Shown: positions 1-8,494 of the stretch, piece by piece
Position numbering within the stretch: position 1 is the first letter of the stretch
Layout: every line of letters begins with the position of its first letter
DNA from: Bacteroidota bacterium
Lineage (GTDB): Bacteria > Bacteroidota > Bacteroidia > B-17B0 > Aurantibacillaceae
NCBI GenBank assembly: GCA_029237825.1
Contig: JAQZBQ010000003.1
Span: forward strand, 166,001-230,000
DNA length: 64,000 bases
Direction: 5' to 3'
Notes under the pieces: generated by a model
Seen by the model: only the letters and a program-made list of their open reading frames with translations
Told to the model about the DNA's origin: nothing
The model's database searches: none
Program-made: the position numbers and the translations under genes

Positions 1-157
1 ACCAAAACGATTCCTCGTCCCCTTGGAACGAAACAGGATGTTTAAGGAGAGATGAATTCATATTAACCAATGGGTGTTTTTTTGAACGTTTTCTCAGGAT
101 GGAATAACGGAAAAATTTAATGAGGGCCTGAAGCGGATGTGATTTGGCGTTTTTCAT
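1..157 (-). CDS. hypothetical protein, 5' part only (runs off left edge)
   Basis: Minus-strand ATG at 157-155 opens a frame (MKNAKSHPLQALIKFFRYSILRKRSKKHPLVNMNSS...) that stays open to position 2. It is absent from the ORF track because it has no stop in the window. No family recognised. Confidence 0.3.
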   Translation of the reverse strand, partial: MKNAKSHPLQALIKFFRYSILRKRSKKHPLVNMNSSLLKHPVSFQGDEESFW

Positions 158-500
158 ATGATATATTTTAGTTTTCTTCCGTAATATAGATTCAGAATTC
201 GCCACCTGTTTTCAAAGGAAATACTTTTACTCCAAATCTCCTAAAGTCTTTACGAAGCAAACATTCGTATTCGACTGACTCTTTCAAATTTAATGCAGCT
301 TTCAAACAAGTATGAAATTTATCGTTAAACGCCGTAATAGTAACGCCTAAATCAAACACATAATCTATTAGATATATACCAAACGAAAAATACCGATGGG
401 CCAGCTATAAAATTTGTGTTCTAAGCCTATTTTAACTCAAGTTAAACGAACAATCCATCCAAACATTTTATATGGACTCTACTTTTATAAAAAAAATGCC

Positions 501-1919
501 ATGAAGACAAAATTTATCCTATTTCTATTCATTTTTACTTTATCACTCATTTGTAATTCTCAGCCTTACTTCCAGAAAACCTATAATATGCCTCTAGACC
601 AGGAAGGTCAGGATGTATTACCAACGCCAGATGGCGGTTATATGGTTGTAGGGTATACTAACACAAGCATCCTGTATGATTGTGATCTAATGATCTTTAA
701 AACGGATGCCGCAGGCAATCAGCTATGGACAAAAACATACGGTGGTAACAAACCTGATTTTCCTTACCATATGCTTGCGACAAACGACGGTAATTATTTC
801 CTGGTGGGATATTCTCAGAGCTACGGAGGCGGCGACCTTGACATCTTATTACAAAAATTCGATCCTAACGGTAACCAAATATGGTTGAAAACCTATGGTG
901 GCTGGGGCAATGATTTTGCCCGTGATGTCATTGCAACCAACGATGGAAATTACATTATTATTGGATCATCAAACAGCCAGAGTACAACCGGGCAAAATGC
1001 TAATCTAATTAAAATTGACCCTGCTGGAAATGTTATCTGGAACAAAACATATGGTGGTCCTGCAAATGATCATGGCTGCAACATTAAACAGTGTTCAGAC
1101 GGAGGCTATATCATGCTTGGACAAACCTTCAGTTATGGTGTTGGTAATGGAGATGCCTGGTTGGTTAAACTTGATGCAAACGGTGACACCACTTGGACTA
1201 AAACCTTTGGCGGTGCCCAAAATGATGAAGGTATATCATTAACTGTAAATAATGATGATAGTTTCACTTTTATTATTCGTGACAGTAGTAACGTGGGACA
1301 GGATATAGACACTCGTATAATTAAGACGTCTCCTACCGGAAATATTATCTGGGACAAGACTTATGGCGGAAATAAGAAAGATACACCAAAAATGATTCAA
1401 AAAACTTCTGATGGAGGATACGTTGTTGCTGCCATTAGCCGGAGTTTTGGATGGATTAACCCCGATATGTGGATCTTAAAATTAAATAGTTCCGGGGATA
1501 CTACCTGGACAAGGCATTACGGAGGCAGTAATAACGAACATTGCTATACCGTAAGGGAGCTGTCCGATGGAAGTTATATTGCAGTTGGAAAAACTACAAG
1601 TTATGGCCCAACAATGGATCCCATTCTTTTAAAGATTAACTCAAACGGGAAAGTAACAGTGGGAGTGGAAGAACTGGCTCACAATTCATCGGTACTTTTA
1701 TACCCTAACCCCAACTCTGGACACATAAATATCGATTTAACAAGCTTTAAAGCAAAACGGATTACAGTCACAAACATACTTGGCGAAGAGGTATTTCGTA
1801 AAGACATTGACAATGAAACACAATTGGCTATCACACTTGATAATAGTACCGAAGGTGTGTATTTCTTAAAAAGTGAATCGGAAACTCAATCTGTAATTAA
1901 TAAATTCATTATAAACTAA
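501..1919 (+). CDS. secreted repeat (beta-propeller-like) protein with T9SS C-terminal sorting domain
   Basis: Track ORF 414..1919 trimmed to ATG 501 (MKTKFILFLFIFTLSLICNSQ, a signal peptide). Seven ~52-aa repeats each carry W-x-K-T-Y/F-G-G...D-G-x-Y...G. The C-terminus LYPNPNSGHINIDL...GVYFLK...INKFIIN fits the Por/T9SS sorting-domain pattern. Confidence 0.8.
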   Translation: MKTKFILFLFIFTLSLICNSQPYFQKTYNMPLDQEGQDVLPTPDGGYMVVGYTNTSILYDCDLMIFKTDAAGNQLWTKTYGGNKPDFPYHMLATNDGNYFLVGYSQSYGGGDLDILLQKFDPNGNQIWLKTYGGWGNDFARDVIATNDGNYIIIGSSNSQSTTGQNANLIKIDPAGNVIWNKTYGGPANDHGCNIKQCSDGGYIMLGQTFSYGVGNGDAWLVKLDANGDTTWTKTFGGAQNDEGISLTVNNDDSFTFIIRDSSNVGQDIDTRIIKTSPTGNIIWDKTYGGNKKDTPKMIQKTSDGGYVVAAISRSFGWINPDMWILKLNSSGDTTWTRHYGGSNNEHCYTVRELSDGSYIAVGKTTSYGPTMDPILLKINSNGKVTVGVEELAHNSSVLLYPNPNSGHINIDLTSFKAKRITVTNILGEEVFRKDIDNETQLAITLDNSTEGVYFLKSESETQSVINKFIIN

Positions 1920-1928
1920 AACACGCAT

Positions 1929-2345
1929 ATGAAATCAAAATTAATTTACATCCAGCTCTTCTTTTTAATTGCAACTATATTTATTCTTTCCTCATGTAAG
2001 AAAAAAGCCGGGCCAGGCGGGCAGGCCTCGGTTATAGGAAAGGTTTATGCATATGATTATGATAACACGTTTAACTATTTAATTTCCAAAGGATATTCTT
2101 CTGGGACAAAAGTATACATCGTATATGGCGACGAGAAGAATATCGGCAATACGGTTACTACTTCCATTGACGGGACCTTCGAATTTAAATACCTAACCAA
2201 AGGTCATTACAAAGTATACGCACTATCTGTTGATACCGCGTACCGGGTAAAAGGTAATGATACTGAAAACCCAGTCATAAAAGAATTTGACATCAAAGAC
2301 AAAAAACAAAAAGTAACCCTGGAAGATATTGTAATCAATAAATAG
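1929..2345 (+). CDS. lipoprotein with carboxypeptidase-regulatory-like beta-sandwich
   Basis: Signal peptide with lipobox (ILSSC). The motif TSIDGTFEFKYLTKGHYKVYA is typical of the CarboxypepD_reg-like fold. It starts 9 nt after the upstream cargo gene, so it is probably co-transcribed. Confidence 0.65.
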   Translation: MKSKLIYIQLFFLIATIFILSSCKKKAGPGGQASVIGKVYAYDYDNTFNYLISKGYSSGTKVYIVYGDEKNIGNTVTTSIDGTFEFKYLTKGHYKVYALSVDTAYRVKGNDTENPVIKEFDIKDKKQKVTLEDIVINK

Positions 2346-2394
2346 TGATCTAACACATTCTTTATTTCAGCTTTTTTAAAGCTTTAGTAAAGAT

Positions 2395-2428
2395 AAAAAG
2401 AGGCTGTCGGGGCGGCCTCTTTTTTTTA
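2395..2428. terminator. bidirectional intrinsic terminator
   Basis: GC-rich hairpin AGAGGC(2399-2404)...GCCTCT(2415-2420), preceded by an A-run and followed by a T-run. It lies between convergent genes 1929..2345 (+) and 2431..2682 (-). Confidence 0.75.
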
Positions 2429-2430
2429 TT

Positions 2431-2682
2431 TTAGCAAAATAAACTTTTAATACAAACCGGTTCAGCATATAAATGCAGACGATCATTTCCTGAATCGTAA
2501 ACCTCTATTTTTTCAATATCGTCGGAGAAAAGGTTTTTATAAACTTCGAGATATACCCCATTTAGAACCACTAAATGAATACGATATCCCAGATCATATA
2601 TAAATGATACGAGTTCGCCAAATTTGTACACCAGGAAAGACCTTGCAGAGAGATCCAGTAGATTGAAATACTTTAAATTCAT
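2431..2682 (-). CDS. hypothetical small protein (83 aa)
   Basis: Complete ORF bracketed by two strong terminator hairpins, so it forms its own transcription unit. No recognisable family. Confidence 0.4.
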   Translation of the reverse strand: MNLKYFNLLDLSARSFLVYKFGELVSFIYDLGYRIHLVVLNGVYLEVYKNLFSDDIEKIEVYDSGNDRLHLYAEPVCIKSLFC

Positions 2683-2804
2683 AGGGAAAATAAATTAAGT
2701 GAGACATTATATAAATTTACAAACATTTGGATTCTTATAAATCTAAAATTTGTGAATACTCTTTAAGAATTCATAAATCTTTAGTGGGAATACCACACTT
2801 TAAC

Positions 2805-2834
2805 AAAAAAAGGACCGCTGGCGGTCCTTTTTTT
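2805..2834. terminator. bidirectional intrinsic terminator
   Basis: AAAAAA-AGGACC(2811-2816)-GCTGGC-GGTCCT(2823-2828)-TTTTTT, located 50 nt downstream of the stop of 2884..5277 (-). Confidence 0.75.
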
Positions 2835-2883
2835 GGTCAATGTTAAATTCTTAATGCTAATTAATGAATGCTAAATAACAACG

Positions 2884-5277
2884 TTAGTCAGTTACAACGA
2901 TTTTCTCACGTATCAATTGATAGCTTCCTTTTCCGAAAGCAACATATAATCCTATTGGCAGATCAGTAATTGTATACGTGAAACCGTTAGAATTATCCAG
3001 AGAAAATTGTTTTATTACCTGGCCTAATTCATTTGTAAGGATATAAGTTACCTCCTCAGATGAAGAGAATTGTATTTTTCCAGAAGAAGGATTCGGGAAT
3101 ACCTTATAAAACCCGGCATTACTATTTGAACTAAGGCCGGTACATAAGTCCACTGTAATCGTTGAAGTATCTGTGTTACTACATAAATTAGCATCTGTAA
3201 AACTGTAAACGATATCAAACGTTCCCGTCCCCGCAGCACTCGGATCAAATACATTTCCTGTAACCGCCATGCCTGAATAGGTCCCGCCTGCAGGCGTAGC
3301 CGGATCAAGTGTTAAAGAATTAATAGTGACGCAAACTAAAGTCACAGACTGATTATATGTAACAGAAGGTAAAGAATTTCCTGAGATATTCAAGGTTTGA
3401 CTTGGAGAGGATCCACAGGTATTTGTTGCACTCACCATTAAAATTCCACCAGGAGCATCTGCCGTTAATGAAATAGTGTTGGTTGAACTTGCTCCGGCCC
3501 ACCCTGATGGCATGGTCCAGGTATAAGCTGTGGCGTTTATAATCGCTGGAACACTGTATGATGCCATTGCACCTTCACAAACAGTTGTTGAACCTGATAT
3601 TGCCGAAGGCATTACGGGTATTGTATTTACAGAAACAGTGACTATGGATGAAATTGCAGTACAGCCTAATGAATTTGTTACCGCGACAGAATAGTCTCCC
3701 GTTGCAGTAATTGTGGTAGTTTGTGTCGTTGCACCATTACTCCATAAATAATCAGGATAAACATCTGCACTTAAAGTTACTGAATTTCCTGAGCAAAATT
3801 CGAGCGGACCACTCGCGCTAACAATCGGATCGTTCATCTGACACAGTTTTAAAATAAATGCGTCGGCAATTCCATTCGACGTTACATTTGAAACACCTGC
3901 TCTTGGGTCAAAATCTACCGTATTATAAAAATAACCGGCAACAAACACATTGTACCATTGATCTACGTATATTGCAGCACCTTCGTCTAAACCAGGCCCA
4001 ACAAAACTTTTAGCCCACATGAAATTACCATTGGTACTGAGTTTACTAACAAAAATGTGAGGTTCAAGATTATAAACGCCCGATCCCGGATCGTAATCTG
4101 CAGTACCATTAGAAAATCCGGTTGTGTACACGTTACCGCTCTTATCAACGTCAATGGAGTATGCGTACTCACTCCCTGCGCTGCCGCCTAATTGTTTAAC
4201 CCAGATTAAAACGCCGGAAGGATCAAGTTTCATTACATACGAATCAGGGTCTGCAGGATTAGAAGTAGTTAAAGTTGTTGTGCCTGCGCCCGCTTCAAAA
4301 TCAACCAAACCTTTAAAAATACCGGAGCTGTAAATATTTCCCGCTTGATCGGTTACAACGGATGTACCTTTTCCGTAATCCTGAACTCCCTCAAAGGAAT
4401 TAGCCCAAAGTAAATTTCCTGACGGATCTAATTTTACAATATAAGCGTCATCGCCACCTAAGGATGTAAGATTCATTGTTCCAGCCGACGGGTCGAAGTC
4501 TGCTGTAGCGTAAAATCCGCCTGTTACAATGATATTTCCACTTAAATCTAAAGTAACAGCATTCGCAACATCTAACTGACTACCACCAAGGCCTTTTACC
4601 CAAAGAAAATTTCCTGCAGTATCCATTTTACAAACGAAGGCATCTGTATTTCCATTTGACGTTAAATTACTTACACCTGCGCCTGGATCAAAATCGACGG
4701 TATTATCAAAATTACCGACATAAACAAGTTGACCAGTTTTAGTGAGACTTATTGCCTTTCCGCTCTCACTGCCTGCACCACCTAACACTTTTGCCCACAC
4801 AAACGAACCAGCTGAATTCAATTTAAAAACAAAAATATCGTAACTGTTCGATGTTATTGTATAGGTACCAATTCCCGGATCAAAGTCTGTTGTGCCAACA
4901 TAATTCCCCGTAACGTAAACATTTCCTGCTGAGTCAACAGACATTGACCAGGGAGTATTAAACGTGTTTGATCCTCCGATTCCCTTTGCCCAAATAAAAT
5001 TTCCTGCGGGGTCCATTTTTGTAACAAAAATATCGGATGTACTTCCTGAAGTCATTTGAAATGTTCCTGGTCCTGGATCAAAATCAACTAAGCCAGTGTA
5101 AGCTCCAACCGTATAAATATTACCCCAATAATCGATTCCTATATCGTGGGAAACATCAGCCTGGGCTCCACCAACAGATTTTACCCATTGCAAATTTGCA
5201 TCCTGTGCTCTTAAATGAACGCTAACCAACAGGATAGGTATGGTTAGGATTTTAATTCTCTGTAAAAGTTTTTTCAT
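2884..5277 (-). CDS. SBBP-type beta-propeller repeat protein with Ig-like domains and T9SS C-terminal sorting domain
   Basis: Track ORF trimmed to ATG 5277 (MKKLLQRIKILTIPILLVSVHLRAQ, a signal peptide). It has about 9-10 repeats of the form D-x-x-G-N-x-Y-V-T-G-x-F-x-G-x-x-D-F-D-P-G-x-G...D-x-F-V-x-K, which matches the SBBP repeat pattern. Cys-containing Ig/PKD-like modules follow. The C-terminus is KVFPNPSSGKIQF...GLYVAF... Confidence 0.85.
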   Translation of the reverse strand: MKKLLQRIKILTIPILLVSVHLRAQDANLQWVKSVGGAQADVSHDIGIDYWGNIYTVGAYTGLVDFDPGPGTFQMTSGSTSDIFVTKMDPAGNFIWAKGIGGSNTFNTPWSMSVDSAGNVYVTGNYVGTTDFDPGIGTYTITSNSYDIFVFKLNSAGSFVWAKVLGGAGSESGKAISLTKTGQLVYVGNFDNTVDFDPGAGVSNLTSNGNTDAFVCKMDTAGNFLWVKGLGGSQLDVANAVTLDLSGNIIVTGGFYATADFDPSAGTMNLTSLGGDDAYIVKLDPSGNLLWANSFEGVQDYGKGTSVVTDQAGNIYSSGIFKGLVDFEAGAGTTTLTTSNPADPDSYVMKLDPSGVLIWVKQLGGSAGSEYAYSIDVDKSGNVYTTGFSNGTADYDPGSGVYNLEPHIFVSKLSTNGNFMWAKSFVGPGLDEGAAIYVDQWYNVFVAGYFYNTVDFDPRAGVSNVTSNGIADAFILKLCQMNDPIVSASGPLEFCSGNSVTLSADVYPDYLWSNGATTQTTTITATGDYSVAVTNSLGCTAISSIVTVSVNTIPVMPSAISGSTTVCEGAMASYSVPAIINATAYTWTMPSGWAGASSTNTISLTADAPGGILMVSATNTCGSSPSQTLNISGNSLPSVTYNQSVTLVCVTINSLTLDPATPAGGTYSGMAVTGNVFDPSAAGTGTFDIVYSFTDANLCSNTDTSTITVDLCTGLSSNSNAGFYKVFPNPSSGKIQFSSSEEVTYILTNELGQVIKQFSLDNSNGFTYTITDLPIGLYVAFGKGSYQLIREKIVVTD

Positions 5278-5590
5278 AGTAATAGTAAAATTCATAGTAG
5301 TTCGCTTTAATGGTGAATATTTTTGGGACTTAACGATTAAAATTAGGTCTTCAAAGATTTTTATCCCCATGTAATCGGCGTGTGCTGTTATTTAATAGCC
5401 GGGAAAAGCGAAGTATTTGGTATCGTGTAAGCGCATAAGCGAACCGATTTTAATTGGCAAAAATGAAGAACTTAATCGGTTAAAAGTCGCCACCCAAAAG
5501 ATAAGTGCAGCATTTCAATAGAATCATTTAATGAAATAGCTTATCAGCCTGTAATAGAATTATTAGAATGTACAAAAGAAAGCTGTTTGT

Positions 5591-5779
5591 TTATTTGCTT
5601 TGGATAAACTGTTTTAATATTTCAAGGTCCTGAATGTATTGGCTCCTGCTATCATTTAGCTTTGCTTTCGTATCCGGATCATCAATAAATGAAATCACAT
5701 CATTTAATGAAATAATCCGTTCATTGATTTTGGAGATTTTATCTAAAAGTTCTGCTTTGCTTAAGTTCTTGAAAGGCAT
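5591..5779 (-). CDS. hypothetical small helical protein (62 aa)
   Basis: Complete ORF with a charged, helical-looking sequence. It is separated from the upstream tRNA by a terminator. No family recognised. Confidence 0.35.
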   Translation of the reverse strand: MPFKNLSKAELLDKISKINERIISLNDVISFIDDPDTKAKLNDSRSQYIQDLEILKQFIQSK

Positions 5780-5872
5780 GAAACAAATATAATTATTTTA
5801 ATAAAGTTGATATTAGCCTTTAATTACTGAAACTTGGCTTCTCTAATTTTTCAAGGAATATTACGTTAAAGC

Positions 5873-5905
5873 AAAAAAAATCCTGTAAGAATTTAACTTA
5901 CAGGA
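5873..5905 (-). terminator. intrinsic terminator following tRNA-Glu
   Basis: Minus strand reads TCCTGTAAG-TTAAATT-CTTACAGGA followed by TTTTTTTT. It starts 15 nt downstream of the tRNA 3' CCA. Confidence 0.7.
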
Positions 5906-5919
5906 CCTTGCTACTTTGA

Positions 5920-5994
5920 TGGTAGCCCGTACGGGAATCGAACCCGTGTTTCGTCCGTGAAAGGGACGCGTCCTAACCCCTAGACGAACGGGCC
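5920..5994 (-). tRNA. tRNA-Glu (anticodon UUC)
   Basis: Reverse complement is GGCCCGTTCGTCTAGGGGTTAGGACGCGTCCCTTTCACGGACGAAACACGGGTTCGATTCCCGTACGGGCTACCA (75 nt). It folds as a cloverleaf: a 7-bp acceptor stem (G1-U72 wobble), anticodon stem CGTCC/GGACG with loop CTTTCAC, a GGTTCGATTCC T-arm, and an encoded CCA. Confidence 0.95.
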
Positions 5995-6031
5995 ATTATT
6001 TAAAAACCGAAGCTGATTAATTAATGGAGTG

Positions 6032-6061
6032 CAAATTTACTATAATTTTCTTATTTCCAAA
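6032..6061 (-). promoter_or_regulatory. candidate Bacteroidetes-type promoter for tRNA-Glu
   Basis: Minus strand reads TTTG (6061-6058), an 18-nt spacer, then TAAATTTG (6039-6032). This matches the Bacteroides -33 TTTG / -7 TAnnTTTG consensus and lies about 38 nt upstream of the mature tRNA 5' end. Confidence 0.3.
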
Positions 6062-6076
6062 AAAATATTTACAAAA

Positions 6077-7192
6077 TTAAGAAAAACTTTTGCGCCGGTA
6101 TTTTTCCACATTTCGTATAAGAATCCAATACAAACCAATGGCGAACAAAATTGACACAGAAACTACGGCATACCCGTAAAAGGCAATTAAATGCGTATTC
6201 TCAAAAAAATAAGTCCTGAATAAACTCACAACGATGTGATGACTGATATAGATTGAAAATGATAATTCACCAATGAACCGGTCGGCTTTATTATTCTTTA
6301 GAGCCTTAAATATGAATGGAATCGCCGCGAATACGAACAGGTAAAAGAAAAAGTTTTTGGTAGCTGCCTCACAAATTATTTCATCGTAAAAGAGAATTGT
6401 TGTTATAGTCAGCACTAACAACATATTTCCAAAGACATCGGGTATATTTTTATCTCTCAGCCACAAATAGACACGGTAACAGATGCTACCTGACAAAAAG
6501 AAAGCCAATTCAAAAGGGAAAAACCTGTATGTCCATGGATCGAAGGATAAATAATGTTTGGTTGAAAAATAGTACTTAGCACCGAATCCGGCTAACGCCA
6601 GCAAAACCTGCCAGGTAATTTCTTTCCGTACTAAAAACGGTGCAATCAGGTAAAACATAAATTCGATGCTGATTGTCCATGCTTGCGGCACAAGCAAATA
6701 CTGGTAACCAGTATGTTTATATGAAAGGACGTTGTAAGTGAGAACAGGTCTGCAACCTTCATCCAATCGCATAAAATAAAGTATATCCTGTCCCAAAACC
6801 ATAACATTTTCCAATATGAAGTAACATATTGTTAGCGGAGAAAGGCAGGCATGGTGATTTATGTATCGAAACAAGTAGTAACTCTGCCCCCAGCCAAAAT
6901 AACCGACCAATGAAAAGATTGCTGCCAAGATTAAAATTAACCAGTAAACCGGAAAAATCCGGAAGGCGCGACTTAAAATAAATCGTTTATAATTACCCGA
7001 GCCTGTATATTTTTCATTCAGGATCATTGCCATATAAAATCCCGATATCATGTAAAAGGATTCTACGGCCACCTGACCACCGCACATCCTTAATCCGAAA
7101 ATTTTGTAGGAATGGTATACAACAACGGCAATGGCCAATATAGTTCTTAAGGTTCCCAAGTTTTGTATTAAACAAAAAAACTGATAACTCAC
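6077..7192 (-). CDS. acyltransferase family 3 (integral membrane O-acyltransferase)
   Basis: N-terminal LRTILAIAVVVYHS motif and about 10 hydrophobic segments, typical of Acyl_transf_3. The first start is GTG at 7192; an alternative TTG lies at 7159. Confidence 0.8.
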   Translation of the reverse strand: MSYQFFCLIQNLGTLRTILAIAVVVYHSYKIFGLRMCGGQVAVESFYMISGFYMAMILNEKYTGSGNYKRFILSRAFRIFPVYWLILILAAIFSLVGYFGWGQSYYLFRYINHHACLSPLTICYFILENVMVLGQDILYFMRLDEGCRPVLTYNVLSYKHTGYQYLLVPQAWTISIEFMFYLIAPFLVRKEITWQVLLALAGFGAKYYFSTKHYLSFDPWTYRFFPFELAFFLSGSICYRVYLWLRDKNIPDVFGNMLLVLTITTILFYDEIICEAATKNFFFYLFVFAAIPFIFKALKNNKADRFIGELSFSIYISHHIVVSLFRTYFFENTHLIAFYGYAVVSVSILFAIGLYWILIRNVEKYRRKSFS

Positions 7193-7206
7193 GTTATCAG
7201 TTTTTT
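7174..7206 (-). terminator. intrinsic terminator after 7228..7896 (loop holds the GTG start of the next gene)
   Basis: Minus strand reads AAAAAA-CTGATAAC-GTGA-GTTATCAG-TTTTTTT: an 8-bp stem, a tetraloop and a 7-T tail, 28 nt after the TAG stop at 7228. Confidence 0.7.
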
Positions 7207-7227
7207 AGAAATTAAAGATAAATTTAA

Positions 7228-7896
7228 CTAATCAACTTTATTCATTACAGCTTTTGCAGCTTCAACCACTTTTTTCTGAGCATCAATTTCGCTCTTCTTT
7301 TTCACCTGTTCAGCTTCGTTTTTTGCGATATCTTCCTCCGCTTTTCTTATTTTAGCTTTGTAGTTTTCTATATCCGATTTAGAATTTTTATTTTCCTTTT
7401 CCAAATCCCGCTGGTTATCCTCCAGTTTAGTTAATACTTTTTCCTGGTCTTTTACCTTGTCTTCCATCGATTCTTTGGTAGTTTTTACAGCAAATTCCTT
7501 CAGCATCTTTTTTGCGCTGCTGTGTTTATCGCCATCTGATGACGATAAATACGCGCCACCTAAATCAAAGGCCACATGCATGGTAACTGTTTTAGCGGTT
7601 TTGTCTTCTTCAAACTTTGTATATACATCAACCGGATTATTTCCCCAATCTTTTATCAATACGTTGTCGCCAAAAATTTCCCCATTATCAGTTTTAACTT
7701 TTTCGTTTTTAAAGTTTTTTAAATAACTTTTCCATTTGCTTTCCACATCATCTTTAGATGCTTCATAAACCACAACAGAATACGCATTATGACTACCTGA
7801 AGAAAATTTTTGTGAACCATCCTTTACAGAAATCTTTTGCGCACTAGCCACAGTAAAGGAAAGAATCGCAGCAACGGTAAGAACTACATTTTTCAT
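7228..7896 (-). CDS. secreted hypothetical protein with C-terminal coiled coil
   Basis: Signal peptide MKNVVLTVAAILSFTVASAQ. The C-terminal ~90 aa are K/E-rich with heptad-like spacing. Confidence 0.6.
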   Translation of the reverse strand: MKNVVLTVAAILSFTVASAQKISVKDGSQKFSSGSHNAYSVVVYEASKDDVESKWKSYLKNFKNEKVKTDNGEIFGDNVLIKDWGNNPVDVYTKFEEDKTAKTVTMHVAFDLGGAYLSSSDGDKHSSAKKMLKEFAVKTTKESMEDKVKDQEKVLTKLEDNQRDLEKENKNSKSDIENYKAKIRKAEEDIAKNEAEQVKKKSEIDAQKKVVEAAKAVMNKVD

Positions 7897-7924
7897 AGTT
7901 TAAATTTAAAAATTTATAATTATC

Positions 7925-8494
7925 CTAATCTACATCGGTTACTCCTCCTGAAATTAAAAACTTCATAGCGTCAGCTCCATCTGTATTCAGGTACGTAATT
8001 TGTTCTTTCGGTACAATTATCAACCTACCCGAAAACGAATAAGAATAAGGTAAATATACTGCATATTTTTCTTTTATTCCCCATTCGGAAAGATCATCCT
8101 GGGTTATAAAGCCTATCTCCTGAACATTAGCCTGAGGATTTGTAAGCACAAGGACAGGCTTGGTAAACCGTCTTTTATTACCCATAAACGCGTTCATAAA
8201 ATCTTTAATCGGAGAATAGATATGACGCACCACTGGAATATTTTCCATTTTGCTTTCAAAGTATTCAAACAGTTTTTTAAAAATATATGACGAAGCTAAA
8301 AGCCCGAATATGGTGATAACGATAATCAAACACACTACAGAAATGACAGTATTTAGAGCAGGACTAGTAGTTACTGCAACAAAAGAAAAAAGTCCTTCAA
8401 AAAATTGAAAAATCTCAAAAAATACGATTACGGTAATACCAATGGGAATGAATAAAGCCAGGCCCTGCAAGAAATATTTTAGAAATTTATTCAT
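7925..8494 (-). CDS. DUF502 family membrane protein
   Basis: N-terminal LQGLALFIPIGITVIVF plus a second TM segment and a soluble C-terminal domain; length and layout are typical of DUF502. It overlaps hemF by 8 nt. Confidence 0.65.
   Translation of the reverse strand: MNKFLKYFLQGLALFIPIGITVIVFFEIFQFFEGLFSFVAVTTSPALNTVISVVCLIIVITIFGLLASSYIFKKLFEYFESKMENIPVVRHIYSPIKDFMNAFMGNKRRFTKPVLVLTNPQANVQEIGFITQDDLSEWGIKEKYAVYLPYSYSFSGRLIIVPKEQITYLNTDGADAMKFLISGGVTDVD

Noticed and set aside
414-500. N-terminal extensions in track ORFs (414..500; also 5278..5370, 12843..12854, 22499..22549, 31859..31870, 40820..40843, 42895..42966, 47091..47105, 56950..56973)
   Set aside because: In each case a downstream ATG gives a canonical signal peptide or the conserved family N-terminus. 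For coaBC, the extension also overlaps the rpoZ terminator hairpin.
5780-6076. tRNA-Glu as an integration hotspot for a genomic island
   Set aside because: No integrase, transposase or phage-like ORF flanks the tRNA. I saw no duplicated copy of the tRNA 3' end in the neighbouring sequence.
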